Program-made: the position numbers and the translations under genes
The notes under the pieces: generated by a model
What the model was told of the DNA's origin: nothing
The model's database searches: none
Seen by the model: the letters and a program-made list of their open reading frames with translations, nothing else
IMG/VR virus record: IMGVR_UViG_3300045988_063132
Coordinates: 32,001 to 96,000 of that record
Strand: one strand, 5' to 3'
Length of the DNA: 64,000 nucleotides
Source of the DNA: a virus
In this document: piece after piece, positions 9,099 to 18,872 of the stretch
Layout of the letters: each line of letters starts with the position of its first letter
Position numbering within the stretch: position 1 is the stretch's first letter

Positions 9099-9608
9099 TT
9101 AATTACCAGCTAGAGCGCCCAACCCTTCATTGGAAGGTGAAGAGATAGTCCAAGATTCACGAAACTTTTTAAGTTTCTCCTCAGAAATGAGGTTCCTATG
9201 AACCATTCTATGGCAATTAGGACATAAAGTTATTAAGTTTGTAATTTCATTTTTACCACCGTTAGATACAGGTATAATATGATGAACATCACAAGAAGTT
9301 TTATTCCAACCGCATATTGCACAAGGTTGTAATAATAGAAAATTGTAAAACGATCTAGTAATAGTATTATTAGATTTCATTCTTTTACGATAATCTTTTA
9401 ATTTACAAGCATTTGTACAATACTTTGCTTTAGAAGATTGTGCTTCAAATTCCTGTTCACATACAATACATTTACATTTATATTTCTTTCTATGTAAATT
9501 TCTGTATTTAGCAGCACATGAAAGTGAACAAAATTTTGCATTTCCTCTGTTTACCTCTCGTAAATCAGCTTGGAATTCATTATTACAATATAAACATTCT
9601 TTTTTCAT
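9099..9608 (-). CDS. HNH homing-type endonuclease (169 aa) with N-terminal CxxC zinc-ribbon pairs
   Basis: HNH motif CDVHHIIPVSNGGKNEITNLITLCPNCH; two CxxC...CxxC pairs in the N-terminal half; free-standing on the opposite strand within the plus-strand block. Confidence 0.85.
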   Translation of the reverse strand: MKKECLYCNNEFQADLREVNRGNAKFCSLSCAAKYRNLHRKKYKCKCIVCEQEFEAQSSKAKYCTNACKLKDYRKRMKSNNTITRSFYNFLLLQPCAICGWNKTSCDVHHIIPVSNGGKNEITNLITLCPNCHRMVHRNLISEEKLKKFRESWTISSPSNEGLGALAGN

Positions 9609-9901
9609 ATAACTATAACGTATGTGGAGATAAAATGTTCTAATAACTTAAAAGAATCTGTCCCTCCAGCTCCACGCTCACAAGAGCTACAAGGGAAAAC
9701 AAAACTAGGATTTTTGATCGTGTTGACCGTGCGCCAAGTTTTTAAATTTTAGAACGGTCAAAAGGGGCTGCATGGATTTGACTAGCAAATTAGAGAGATA
9801 AGATAGGTTCATTGTGTGTTTAAATGGCAACACTATGTTTGTCACTGATTATTCTTGCGTAGCGTAAGAATATGATGCGTGCTAAATACGAAAGTTAGGG
9901 A

Positions 9902-9971
9902 TACTCTTTAGTTCAACAGGTTAGAATCGTAATTTTATTACAGAATGTGGGTTCGAGTCCCACAAGAGTAA
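9902..9971 (+). tRNA. tRNA-like gene with canonical T-arm but non-canonical or truncated anticodon arm (possible pseudo-tRNA)
   Basis: 7-bp acceptor TACTCTT/AAGAGTA, D-arm GTTC..GAAT, T-arm GTGGG-TTCGAGT-CCCAC. Only ~18 nt remain for the anticodon arm plus variable loop. Confidence 0.45.
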
Positions 9972-10007
9972 CAATTAACTTATGTTTAATTTCTTAAAAG
10001 TAATCAG

Positions 10008-10385
10008 ATGAAAAAGATGACTTTAAGCCAATTACATGGTAATCTAAAGACTTTCAGTAAAGAATTTATAGGAGCTGGAAGTAGAAATAGTGTAGTTGGA
10101 TTGTATCGGAAACTTATTGAGTTAGGAGCAATTCCATCCAGTAAGGAAAAGGATAACAGTCTTATTAGCTCTAAGCAAAAGATTGTTATTCTATGTGTTA
10201 ACGATGGAATTAGGAGTAAATTCGCTCGTATCTCATTGCATGAAAGATCATGGTGGGACTATTGGCATAACAAAGCACACAAGCATTGTAAGCCAGCTTA
10301 TATTACTTATAATGTACCAAAACAAATGAGTACAGTAATAAGTAACTTAAATATTAAAGAATTAGAAACCCTAATCCCAGAGTAA
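10008..10385 (+). CDS. hypothetical protein (125 aa)
   Basis: ORF track. Confidence 0.5.
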   Translation: MKKMTLSQLHGNLKTFSKEFIGAGSRNSVVGLYRKLIELGAIPSSKEKDNSLISSKQKIVILCVNDGIRSKFARISLHERSWWDYWHNKAHKHCKPAYITYNVPKQMSTVISNLNIKELETLIPE

Positions 10386-10386
10386 T

Positions 10387-10581
10387 ATGGAACTATCTTA
10401 TTGGATTTATTTTAAACCAGGTGAAAAAGATAAGCTTAAACAAATTATCGATGAAAATCCTAATCCTTTAATGGCAAATATTGCTATTCAAGAGGAGTTT
10501 GGTGTATCACTCACCGAAGCTGAGAAAATTATTGAGGTGTATAACAATAAAATTAATAAAACATGTCATCAAGAATCATAA
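10387..10581 (+). CDS. hypothetical protein (64 aa)
   Basis: ORF track; translationally coupled to neighbours. Confidence 0.4.
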   Translation: MELSYWIYFKPGEKDKLKQIIDENPNPLMANIAIQEEFGVSLTEAEKIIEVYNNKINKTCHQES

Positions 10582-10997
10582 CGCTTAATAAACCAGGTTT
10601 ATATGTTGCAGAACACAATTCTACTGGTAAGCAATTTTTAGTAAGTATAGGTGGTGAATTACCTATGTTGCGTGTAATTAATATAATCAATTTATCTGAT
10701 TTTGTTAGTGGTTTTTATGCTGATAATAAAGATAAACAAAAATTACAAGATGACATGGAAGCACATCCTAATACATACACTTATACTCCTATTCAAGTTA
10801 AATTAGAAAAAGAGTATGAAGAAGTAAAAGAGGATATTCTTGATTTATCTAAATATTCAACATTAGTTGAAAATAAGGATAAATTATTAGGAATGGATGA
10901 TAATATGGCAGTTATTACTATATGTAAAGATGAAGGTCTTGATGTAGCTATTGCCACTGAGATTTGGAAACAATTCAAATTATCATTACGACCGTGA
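10563..10997 (+). CDS. hypothetical protein (144 aa)
   Basis: ORF track. Confidence 0.5.
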   Translation: MSSRIITLNKPGLYVAEHNSTGKQFLVSIGGELPMLRVINIINLSDFVSGFYADNKDKQKLQDDMEAHPNTYTYTPIQVKLEKEYEEVKEDILDLSKYSTLVENKDKLLGMDDNMAVITICKDEGLDVAIATEIWKQFKLSLRP

Positions 10998-11500
10998 ATG
11001 CAGATGAAGTAAAAAAGTATATTTACGATAAATCTGCAAAGCTATCACAGCAGTTTATTGACTTCATTAAAAATGAAGGAGTTCCTAATTATTTATTACC
11101 ATCATTTGATAATAATAGTGGTTATAGATGTGATTGGAACATAATAGGTGGAGAAGAAGCAAAAGAATATTTTAAACCTTATTATAAACCAATAAGTGAT
11201 AAATTTATTCTTAGCTTAGAACAAAGAAAAAACGTACAAACTTGGTTATATAGAGTTAGTACTAAACTTTTTCTACCTGAATTGATGGTAGGAAGTCCTA
11301 TCACAACCGATAAAGTACAGCTACGAATAGCTACTTCTTTAATCGACAAATTAAACATTCCAAGACAATATCGAGATTATCTATTTGATAACACTATATA
11401 TTGTTTTTGGATTCGTAAACGAGCATATAGTAATTTCTTTTGGCAAGAAATAGTACAGCTTCCGTTTGCGCCAGATTATCGTTTAAATATTAAGTATTAA
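10964..11500 (+). CDS. hypothetical protein (178 aa)
   Basis: ORF track. Confidence 0.5.
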   Translation: METIQIIITTVNADEVKKYIYDKSAKLSQQFIDFIKNEGVPNYLLPSFDNNSGYRCDWNIIGGEEAKEYFKPYYKPISDKFILSLEQRKNVQTWLYRVSTKLFLPELMVGSPITTDKVQLRIATSLIDKLNIPRQYRDYLFDNTIYCFWIRKRAYSNFFWQEIVQLPFAPDYRLNIKY

Positions 11501-11506
11501 ATGATA

Positions 11507-11545
11507 ATAGGGTAAGAGAGATTGGGTTCTCTCTTACTCACTAAT
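11507..11545 (+). terminator. strong hairpin, terminator or attenuator, upstream of the sigma factor gene (no U-tract)
   Basis: 10-bp stem TAAGAGAGAT / (G)TTCTCTCTTA around loop TGG. Confidence 0.35.
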
Positions 11546-11555
11546 CCGTAGGCCT

Positions 11556-12122
11556 ATGAAAGAAGAAGAAAAGATTCTAATTGAAAAGGCGAAGCACGGT
11601 GATGAAAAGGCCTTTAAGCAATTATATGATAATTATTATCGTTTAATACGATATATTATCTATGATGCGATAAAAGATGAAGAAGCAACAGCTGATTTAT
11701 TATCTGTTACTTTTACTAAGGCCTTCAAACGTCTCGATTATTTTGTTGAAACTATTTCTTTTGAAGCATGGTTAAAAACTATTGCAGTAAATACAGTCAT
11801 TGACTATATTAGAAAGAATAAGAATCAACAAGATAATATCTCTATAGATAATGAGGATAATACAATTCAAATATCTAGTGATAATGATCCCGAAACTGAT
11901 TTAATTAAATCAGAGTCAATAGATATTCTTAGAATTGCATTAACTCGACTTAGAGCCAAATATAGGAACCTTCTAGAACTCAGATATTTTGGTAATCTAA
12001 GTTATGAAGAGTTAAGTGCTGAGCTTGGTATACCGGTTGGAACTGTAAAGTCTGACTTAAACAAAGCTAAGCATAGACTCAAGTATTATTTTCAAAAAAT
12101 TTCAAAAACTAACAAAACATGA
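11556..12122 (+). CDS. RNA polymerase sigma-70 family sigma factor, ECF-like (188 aa)
   Basis: Region 2 YDNYYRLIRYIIYD...DLLSVTFTKAFKRLDYF...FEAWLKTIAVNTVIDYIRK. Region 4 LLELRYFGNLSYEELSAELGIPVGTVKSDLNKAKHRLK. Confidence 0.85.
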   Translation: MKEEEKILIEKAKHGDEKAFKQLYDNYYRLIRYIIYDAIKDEEATADLLSVTFTKAFKRLDYFVETISFEAWLKTIAVNTVIDYIRKNKNQQDNISIDNEDNTIQISSDNDPETDLIKSESIDILRIALTRLRAKYRNLLELRYFGNLSYEELSAELGIPVGTVKSDLNKAKHRLKYYFQKISKTNKT

Positions 12123-12496
12123 CAACATTCATTGTATCTATGCTAGTAATTATCGGTATTGTTGCAATTGCACGATATTACGGTAGTTCGTCAATGGCAA
12201 GCAATTTATTGCTTACTTTGGCATTTTCTGTTGTCGTGGGTCTTGGTATTCAATTTGCTACTAAGGGAAACCATAGTAAAAAAGAGAATGCTAAGATTGA
12301 AAATTCCATTGCAGTTAGTAATCCTGTATCCACACAGTCTGTTTGTACAGTGTTGGAACCTGTAAAAACTAGCCATTCTGGGGCTGTGAGTCAGGTACAG
12401 GATTATAAAACTGTAGTAAAGGAGTTTCCACGATTAAATTCCAAAAAGCTTGCGTATACTGAACGTATAGCTCCCCCATTCCCAGATTCATCCTAG
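12119..12496 (+). CDS. membrane protein (125 aa, two N-terminal TM helices), translationally coupled to the sigma gene by an ATGA overlap
   Basis: ORF track; hydrophobic segments MLVIIGIVAIARYY and LLLTLAFSVVVGLGIQFA. Confidence 0.5.
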   Translation: MTTFIVSMLVIIGIVAIARYYGSSSMASNLLLTLAFSVVVGLGIQFATKGNHSKKENAKIENSIAVSNPVSTQSVCTVLEPVKTSHSGAVSQVQDYKTVVKEFPRLNSKKLAYTERIAPPFPDSS

Positions 12497-12582
12497 ATGA
12501 ATATAACGGGATCACATTATTAGCTTTATAAAATAATTTATTAACTTTTAATATTCGAAAAGGCGAATTAAACATTATCAAA

Positions 12583-13977
12583 ATGGGAAATAATAAGAAC
12601 AAAGGTCAGAAGACTGACGATAAAACAAAGAAAACTACTGCCGCTCCTGCGGCTGCACCGGCTGCACAAACTAAGAAAGAACAGCCGAAGACGGGATTAA
12701 AGGAAGATAAAACTCCTAAACCCGCAGCTCCTACAGCTCCTAAGAAAGAGGAAAAGGAGACAAAAAAGCCTACTACTGATGCTACTGGTACAGTAGAAAA
12801 TGTAGCAGCAGAAGAAGTAAAGAAACCTGTAGCTTCTCCGTTAGAATCACCTAAAGTAGATTCCCTGATTTCACTTATGGGTCCTAATGATCTGATGGAT
12901 GCGAATCATGCTGCAGAATTCTTATCGGCGCTTGAACGTCGTACTGCCCGGATGGATCGTAGTAAACCTATTACGATTCAGATGGAATCCATGCTGGATT
13001 ACAATATGATGTGGTATGCTGTACGTTTGTCTGTACAATCATTTGCACAGAAACGTGAATGTAATATGCTTACGCCGAATGATGAACTTATTGTTCAGCA
13101 AGCCATTGATACGGCTGCATCTATGGGTGTTGCTCTTGAAGCTCATCCTACAGATGATCCCAATCAGATGCGTCTTGAATTTAAGGATATTTCCCCTGAA
13201 ACAAAAGCAGCAGCTGATGCAGAGAATGCCGCATCAGGTTTAGCTTCAACAGTTAAACCACCTAGACATGTAAAACTTACCGAAGAACAGATGAATCCCC
13301 TGAATTGGAAGAATGATGATGAAGCGAAAGCTGCAATCACTCAAGATCTTCAAGAATCAGGAGAAACTCCATCTAACAAATTCTTACGTATCTTGGGTAA
13401 AATCAAAACATATCGTGAGAATACTACAGAAGATCCCGTTCAGAAGGGAATCTGGAGTAGTGCTAACTTGGGAGCTCTTGCAAAAGAGTATTTCAACATT
13501 ATCGGTAAGAAAGGTATTGTTGTGCTCTCTGGACTCATGTCTTCTACCACAACTTCGTTGAAGTTAGGTCAGACTATGATCTTTGCACATTCTCTCTTAC
13601 GGAAGAATATGAAAGGTCTGAATGATCAAGATGTAGTAGACTTGATTAAAGCGTTTATTGAAGTAATGCACGCAGATCCTGCACAGCCTATCGAACAAGA
13701 TCCTTGTGTAGTAAAGGGTATTTTGGCTCCAACTCGTGATACGTTTGTACGTATTGCGTTACAAAAGCCAGCAGAAGACGAACTAATGGATTGGTTCAAG
13801 AAGATTATGGGACCGTTCTATGATATCTATAAAGATGAAGTAGGTTCTAAATCTGATGAAGATTTTGCTCTGAAAGCAGCAAATAAGATGATCGAAATAC
13901 GTAACATGTATGTCGATAAAGAAGCTGCATTCCCGCTCTTTACAAAAGAAGATTTCAAGGCTGTAATGGGTAAATAA
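12583..13977 (+). CDS. hypothetical protein (464 aa) with a K/P/A-rich disordered N-terminus
   Basis: ORF track; N-terminal KTKKTTAAPAAAPAAQTKKEQPKTG...PKPAAPTAPKKEEKE resembles histone H1-like tails; GC-richer codons. Confidence 0.6.
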   Translation: MGNNKNKGQKTDDKTKKTTAAPAAAPAAQTKKEQPKTGLKEDKTPKPAAPTAPKKEEKETKKPTTDATGTVENVAAEEVKKPVASPLESPKVDSLISLMGPNDLMDANHAAEFLSALERRTARMDRSKPITIQMESMLDYNMMWYAVRLSVQSFAQKRECNMLTPNDELIVQQAIDTAASMGVALEAHPTDDPNQMRLEFKDISPETKAAADAENAASGLASTVKPPRHVKLTEEQMNPLNWKNDDEAKAAITQDLQESGETPSNKFLRILGKIKTYRENTTEDPVQKGIWSSANLGALAKEYFNIIGKKGIVVLSGLMSSTTTSLKLGQTMIFAHSLLRKNMKGLNDQDVVDLIKAFIEVMHADPAQPIEQDPCVVKGILAPTRDTFVRIALQKPAEDELMDWFKKIMGPFYDIYKDEVGSKSDEDFALKAANKMIEIRNMYVDKEAAFPLFTKEDFKAVMGK

Positions 13978-13990
13978 CCTATTATATCAA

Positions 13991-14374
13991 ATGAAAGGTA
14001 AATTTGCTTATTTAGCAGTATTCGTTGTAGGTCTTATTATGTCCTACAATACTAACATTTTCAAACCCGAAAGTGTTACGGCAACAGAAACCATTAAAAC
14101 GGTTCAGTTACCCCCAATTCCAGGTAATTTTAAACTTAACCTGGATTTAGAGACAGGTAAAAGTATCGTGGAAAGTAATATACCCGTTACAAGTACTGAT
14201 ATAACTGTCAATCACCCCACGAAAATCGTGGAAAAGGTAGTGTATAAAAAATCTAAACCCAAAGTAGTATATGAAACAAAAACTGAGGTACAAACGAGAC
14301 CGGTAATGTTCACTCTACCAACTCCCCGCTCTCACAAATTTGTACCTGAGTATCCTAAAAGTGTAGAGAAATGA
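13991..14374 (+). CDS. hypothetical protein with N-terminal signal peptide or TM (127 aa)
   Basis: ORF track; MKGKFAYLAVFVVGLIMS. Confidence 0.5.
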   Translation: MKGKFAYLAVFVVGLIMSYNTNIFKPESVTATETIKTVQLPPIPGNFKLNLDLETGKSIVESNIPVTSTDITVNHPTKIVEKVVYKKSKPKVVYETKTEVQTRPVMFTLPTPRSHKFVPEYPKSVEK

Positions 14375-14469
14375 AGCAAAAAATAACTAAAACTAATATA
14401 GTATCATTAATTGGTATTATCTTATTCTATTTATTTTGTTTATTTTTTGCTTATTGTATTAGTGATTAA
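14371..14469 (+). CDS. small hydrophobic protein (32 aa)
   Basis: ATGA overlap with the preceding stop; TM-like LIGIILFYLFCLFFAYCI; read manually. Confidence 0.25.
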   Translation: MKQKITKTNIVSLIGIILFYLFCLFFAYCISD

Positions 14470-16819
14470 CTATGTGCTTACCGTAGAATGGCACCGGGGA
14501 AAACGAGTCTCTCCCCCGTAGTAAGAAGCAGGGCATTATATATAGTGGTATTGTAGCTGTACACTCTAAAAGCAATAAGACAGCATATATATATTAGGAA
14601 TATCAAAGGCCAAGAGGATTCGTATATATAGATAAGTAATACAGGATATGAGAATATGATAACAGCTAACACTGTGATTCAAAAGGTAATATGATAGCTT
14701 ACTATGGATTTATTACTTTATCCGTGAAGAATTAGTAAGAAAATGGGATAGCGTGCTAAACCCATAAAATCTCAGAGAACCGTCTGGCGGAGATTTAAAA
14801 AACGCGATCTAGGTCAGCAGACACGAAGACAAATTCAGCAAAGGTATCGGCATCCTAAAGTAAATATAGTTATGAGATGTATTTATGAGTGTATTGAAGT
14901 CTACACAAAGGAGAAACCTATGTCCGTGGGTACAATCATGTACGAAATCAAGAAGGGACTAAACACGAGTTGCCCCTTAGTTAAACATCCAAAAGTTTAC
15001 TAAGTTTTGACTCCTGACTAACGTTCTTGGGTGTGTCCAAAGCATCCATTCTGAATCTATTATTGGAAGATATAGATAAGATAAAAATGCTACTGTAGTG
15101 TTCTCTACAAGGTACCAAATGGTTTAAATTGGAACGTATGTTTAAATACATATAAAAGTAGATATGAAGGCAGAGAGATTAATCGAGGGTGCTATTAGGT
15201 GCTACGTGAAGAAGTAAAACGGTACAATTCCGTAATCTTTTACTCTTAGAAGTAAAGGATAATAGTCTGTATTATTACTTTGAAACATATGGCTGAGAGG
15301 CTATGATCCATACAATGAACTTTAAATTCATTAGAATATAATAAGAATTCGAGACTTTTATTATATTTAAGTATGACAGATTATCCGGATTAGGTGCCAA
15401 ACCTATACTTAATAGAACGATTAATACAAATGTGTCAGTGTTTGCTTCAAGTTATGACACAATAATATATGGAAAGAAGCAGGTTGTAAAACGTGTCCTA
15501 TAACACTACTACAGAATAACGACATCCTTTAGCAAGATGGTTACTTCGCAAGAAGTGAGAGGGATCTCAATAATTTACGTTATCGAAAAGTTAAATACGC
15601 CGGTAGAAACACCGTTACCTGAGAAGAAAGGTAGAAGTTCAATCAGATCTCAGTCGGCTTTCCGAGAGATAAAAAGCGAAAGTTGGGCTAATGTATAGTC
15701 AATGGGCTAAATTCAAGTCTGTTAATCCAGAGAAACGTAAATGTTATGATATTTACCTGAATCCAACGATTCATCACTGGCCCGAGAGTTAACGTCACTC
15801 TTAAACAAAAGCGAGAATAACATGTTTAACCTAAGTAGTGGCTACGCCCACGAAATAATAAATCCAGGGGAGTCCCCGCTAGGGATAGTAGAATCTGCTG
15901 TTGTATAGTAGTATATGTTTCCTGACTGCGTCCTTGGCAAGCCAACCGTTATTGCTAAATAAAACTAATAGAGTGTATTGCGCAACAATATATGTTCATT
16001 AGAAAGCGTTTCATGAATCTTCATAGACTGGATACCTGTCGTGCGGAAAGAGTAGTGAAAAGTAGGTGGAAGTCCTCAATATTCGTGCTTGTAAAACAAT
16101 CCTATGGACGGTTATATAATAATATATATTATTGTATGTAATTCCGTATAGGAAACTTAAAACCGTTGCTGCATTTGTAGGGCAGAACTAGTTAAGTAAC
16201 GTTAGAAAACGACCGTATCTGTAACGGATTCGATAAAGTGGTAAGTATTAACTTCTGGGTAATTATAAGCTACATGACAGGCCAATCTGCATGTGCAACT
16301 GTCTTGCAAACAGTTACTTTGTATTTGTGATTACTTGCTGAGATTAACCCCGAGACGCCGGGAAATACTAAGTTAATATGATGAGCAATAGTTCCTTTCT
16401 CTTAAGCGTAAGAGAATTGTAAAATCTAAAGTAATGGTATTATAATATGTATATTAAATGTCTTAGATCTCATTAGTCTAAAGAAAAAGCTGTGCAGTAT
16501 CAATAGTATGATAAGCTATTAATTTATTATATGTAGACACTCGTATAAGTAATATTAATTCTGGTATCCGAACTACTCTGTAGAAGCAAGGAATGCAGAA
16601 AGGAAGAGGAAGTATCTACCTTGATTTCGATGTAAGTAAATCATTAATATGAAGATTATGCGTTTAAAACGAAAATATTTATACTTTGTAAAGGATTGTA
16701 CTTGAATGTACGTAGACGATTAGACACATCCTCTATATAATAAAATCTATACAAAGAGAGCAAAACTCGTTAATTTAAACTCATAAAATATGTAAATCAA
16801 TTGTTTAACATCTCCGTAG
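14470..16819. other. 2.35-kb coding-void, GC-enriched region; candidate large structured ncRNA(s) or regulatory or origin region
   Basis: No ORF of 60 aa or more on either strand apart from one 64-aa minus-strand ORF at the edge. All three stop codons occur in every frame, so recoding is unlikely. Many local hairpins. GC is visibly above the flanking coding DNA. Confidence 0.5.
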
Positions 16820-17395
16820 GTGGAATCAACCACGGAATCAAAAAAGGAATTTAAAATGGATAAATCAGTTATTTTGGCATCACAGTGTGGTGCATCATTA
16901 GGTAAATATATTCTCACTATAGAGAAGAACTCAGTAGATCCGAATTATTCACGGAAAGTACAGAATAATGAATTACGGACTAGTCAGCAGATTAATCTGT
17001 ATTCAATTAAACCTATTAAGGTTAAAATGGCTCAGGAAGTAGAAAGTGCTGAAGGCACTAAATTTGTAGAGTATAACGGCGATTCGAAGTTACGGCTTCA
17101 GATTTCCGGTATTAACGACATTGCGGATATTATCCCGAAGCCCAACGCAGAAAGCGTAAAGAATGCGATTACTCGGTTCGAATCAACCGGTGAGATTACA
17201 ATCTTTATTGATTATCCTCAGTTGACAAAAGAAATAGTTGCTCTGAATATGGAATCACGGGCTAAACTTACAGCGTTTGTCAACGAACAGATGCGGTTCA
17301 TTAAAACATTTGAAACTGCAAACGAAACTGAAATTGCTGCTTGTAAGACGGCAATGGCCGCTGAAGGTATCGAAATTAACAATTATTTCGGATAA
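16820..17395 (+). CDS. hypothetical protein (191 aa)
   Basis: ORF track; GC-richer codon usage. Confidence 0.55.
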   Translation: MESTTESKKEFKMDKSVILASQCGASLGKYILTIEKNSVDPNYSRKVQNNELRTSQQINLYSIKPIKVKMAQEVESAEGTKFVEYNGDSKLRLQISGINDIADIIPKPNAESVKNAITRFESTGEITIFIDYPQLTKEIVALNMESRAKLTAFVNEQMRFIKTFETANETEIAACKTAMAAEGIEINNYFG

Positions 17396-17403
17396 AGTAA
17401 ACT

Positions 17404-17895
17404 ATGAGTACGCCTTTAACGAAAGAAGCGTTCCTAGACCTTCAGCATATGTTTGCTGATAAAGACTTTATATCTTTGCTATTTATGGATGAGAAAGAAA
17501 TAGCTAGATATATTCATGTCGAAAAAGACGGTAGTGTAACGTTAGGCAGAACAAAATACAAATTTATCAATAGACTCTTTAAAGATGAGAAAGTATTGAG
17601 TACTAATGATATTTGTTTACGGCTTATTAAAGTCATTACTGGAAAAGGAGGAACGCGAAACAATGAAGCTTTTGATTGTCTTGTAAAAGATTTTACTAAA
17701 GCTTTAGATAAAGGAGATTACTCCTATGCTATTACTCGGATATTTATTGGTTATCGTCTAGGATATCTAAACGATGTTGCAGCAATGCAAGCTTCTTCGG
17801 AAAAAGGTGAGGTAAGACTTCCGAATAAGCGAGTATTGGTACAAGATGGTTTCGGAGATTTCTATGCGATTAAAATAGGTAAGTATCCTAGTTAA
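17404..17895 (+). CDS. hypothetical protein (163 aa)
   Basis: ORF track. Confidence 0.55.
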   Translation: MSTPLTKEAFLDLQHMFADKDFISLLFMDEKEIARYIHVEKDGSVTLGRTKYKFINRLFKDEKVLSTNDICLRLIKVITGKGGTRNNEAFDCLVKDFTKALDKGDYSYAITRIFIGYRLGYLNDVAAMQASSEKGEVRLPNKRVLVQDGFGDFYAIKIGKYPS

Positions 17896-17996
17896 TTAAA
17901 GTTGACTATTCTAAAGTAATAAGAGTATTGAATGTATAATAGCAGATGTAACGCAAACAATATAGAAAATATAATTATTACTTTTCAAGATATATC

Positions 17997-18040
17997 AAAG
18001 GACTTGCAGATGTAAGTCAAGTCCTTTCTCTTATATCTTA
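17997..18040 (+). terminator. hairpin terminator after CDS 17404..17895 (weak U-tract)
   Basis: 10-bp perfect stem AAAGGACTTG / CAAGTCCTTT with 11-nt loop, then CTCTTATATCTT. Confidence 0.4.
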
Positions 18041-18197
18041 TAAGGCTATGATAATGTATCTGTAATGGATACTAAGTGAAGGAAAGCTTCAAGAATAAGA
18101 CGAAGATGTCATATCGGGATGAACATAGCCACAAAGTACAGGTAGTTGATCATATTTGAGTATACTTTTATGTTTAATCAATTAAAATCAAAAGTAT

Positions 18198-18701
18198 ATG
18201 AAAAAAATTAAATCAACTGAAATTATTGAAAATCGTAAGAAGTATGACAAAGAGATCAAAAAGATGTGGAATATTATTCGTACTGAAAATTTGATCGATA
18301 AAAACGCTACACGAAATTACGATATGAAAGCATTGTTGGATACAATTACAGAGATGTCCAATAATCGAATTCAGACCAAGCTGGATTCAATTGCTATTAA
18401 TCTAGGTTTTAAGAGTCGTAAAGACTTTCCTAAAGAAAGTATTTATCCTATTATTTATACTCTATCTGAAAAGAATGAGTATTTAGTTCAGTTGGGATCT
18501 ATTCCGACTATTAATCCTGGTTTAAAAGCTAAACTTGGTAAAAAGAAATTGTTTAAAACTGAAGAAATCACTGCAGATTATATTACTAAACTAAAGAATA
18601 AACTGCAGCTGGAAATCAATGCTCTGAAGAAGAAGCTTGAAGATTTCAACAGTAATGCTGAAATAGATATATCTACTGCATATATGTATTTAGCAGCATA
18701 A
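18198..18701 (+). CDS. hypothetical protein (167 aa)
   Basis: ORF track. Confidence 0.55.
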   Translation: MKKIKSTEIIENRKKYDKEIKKMWNIIRTENLIDKNATRNYDMKALLDTITEMSNNRIQTKLDSIAINLGFKSRKDFPKESIYPIIYTLSEKNEYLVQLGSIPTINPGLKAKLGKKKLFKTEEITADYITKLKNKLQLEINALKKKLEDFNSNAEIDISTAYMYLAA

Positions 18702-18709
18702 GGTAAACT

Positions 18710-18828
18710 GGTCTCCGTAAGTTATTTTTAAAGTTCAGCATCTCTATTTATAACTGTGAACTATTCTAATAGCATAAAGTAACATTAAAATAACGAGTGG
18801 CAAGTGGGGTTCGAATCCCCGGAGACCA
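18710..18828 (+). ncRNA. atypical ~119-nt tRNA-like element (7-bp terminal stem plus canonical T-arm)
   Basis: GGTCTCC (18710-18716) pairs with GGAGACC (18821-18827), flanking T-arm TGGGG-TTCGAAT-CCCC(G). About 119 nt between them, too long for a standard tRNA. Confidence 0.35.
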
Positions 18829-18872
18829 ACAAGTCTCGAAATATTAATATTAACATTTTAAAAAGTAAAGTC

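Noticed and set aside
9099-9608. Whether the first HNH endonuclease is also intron-embedded
   Set aside because: The flanks (8860-9098 and 9609-9900) show at best a weak R-like string (GUCAACACGAUCA) and no P, Q or S elements, and no interrupted host gene on either strand. Treated as a free-standing HNH gene.
14470-16819. Stop-codon reassignment (TAG or TGA recoding, as in some crAss-like phages) to explain the ORF-free region
   Set aside because: TAA, TAG and TGA all occur frequently in every frame here, while all other genes in the window translate cleanly with the standard code.
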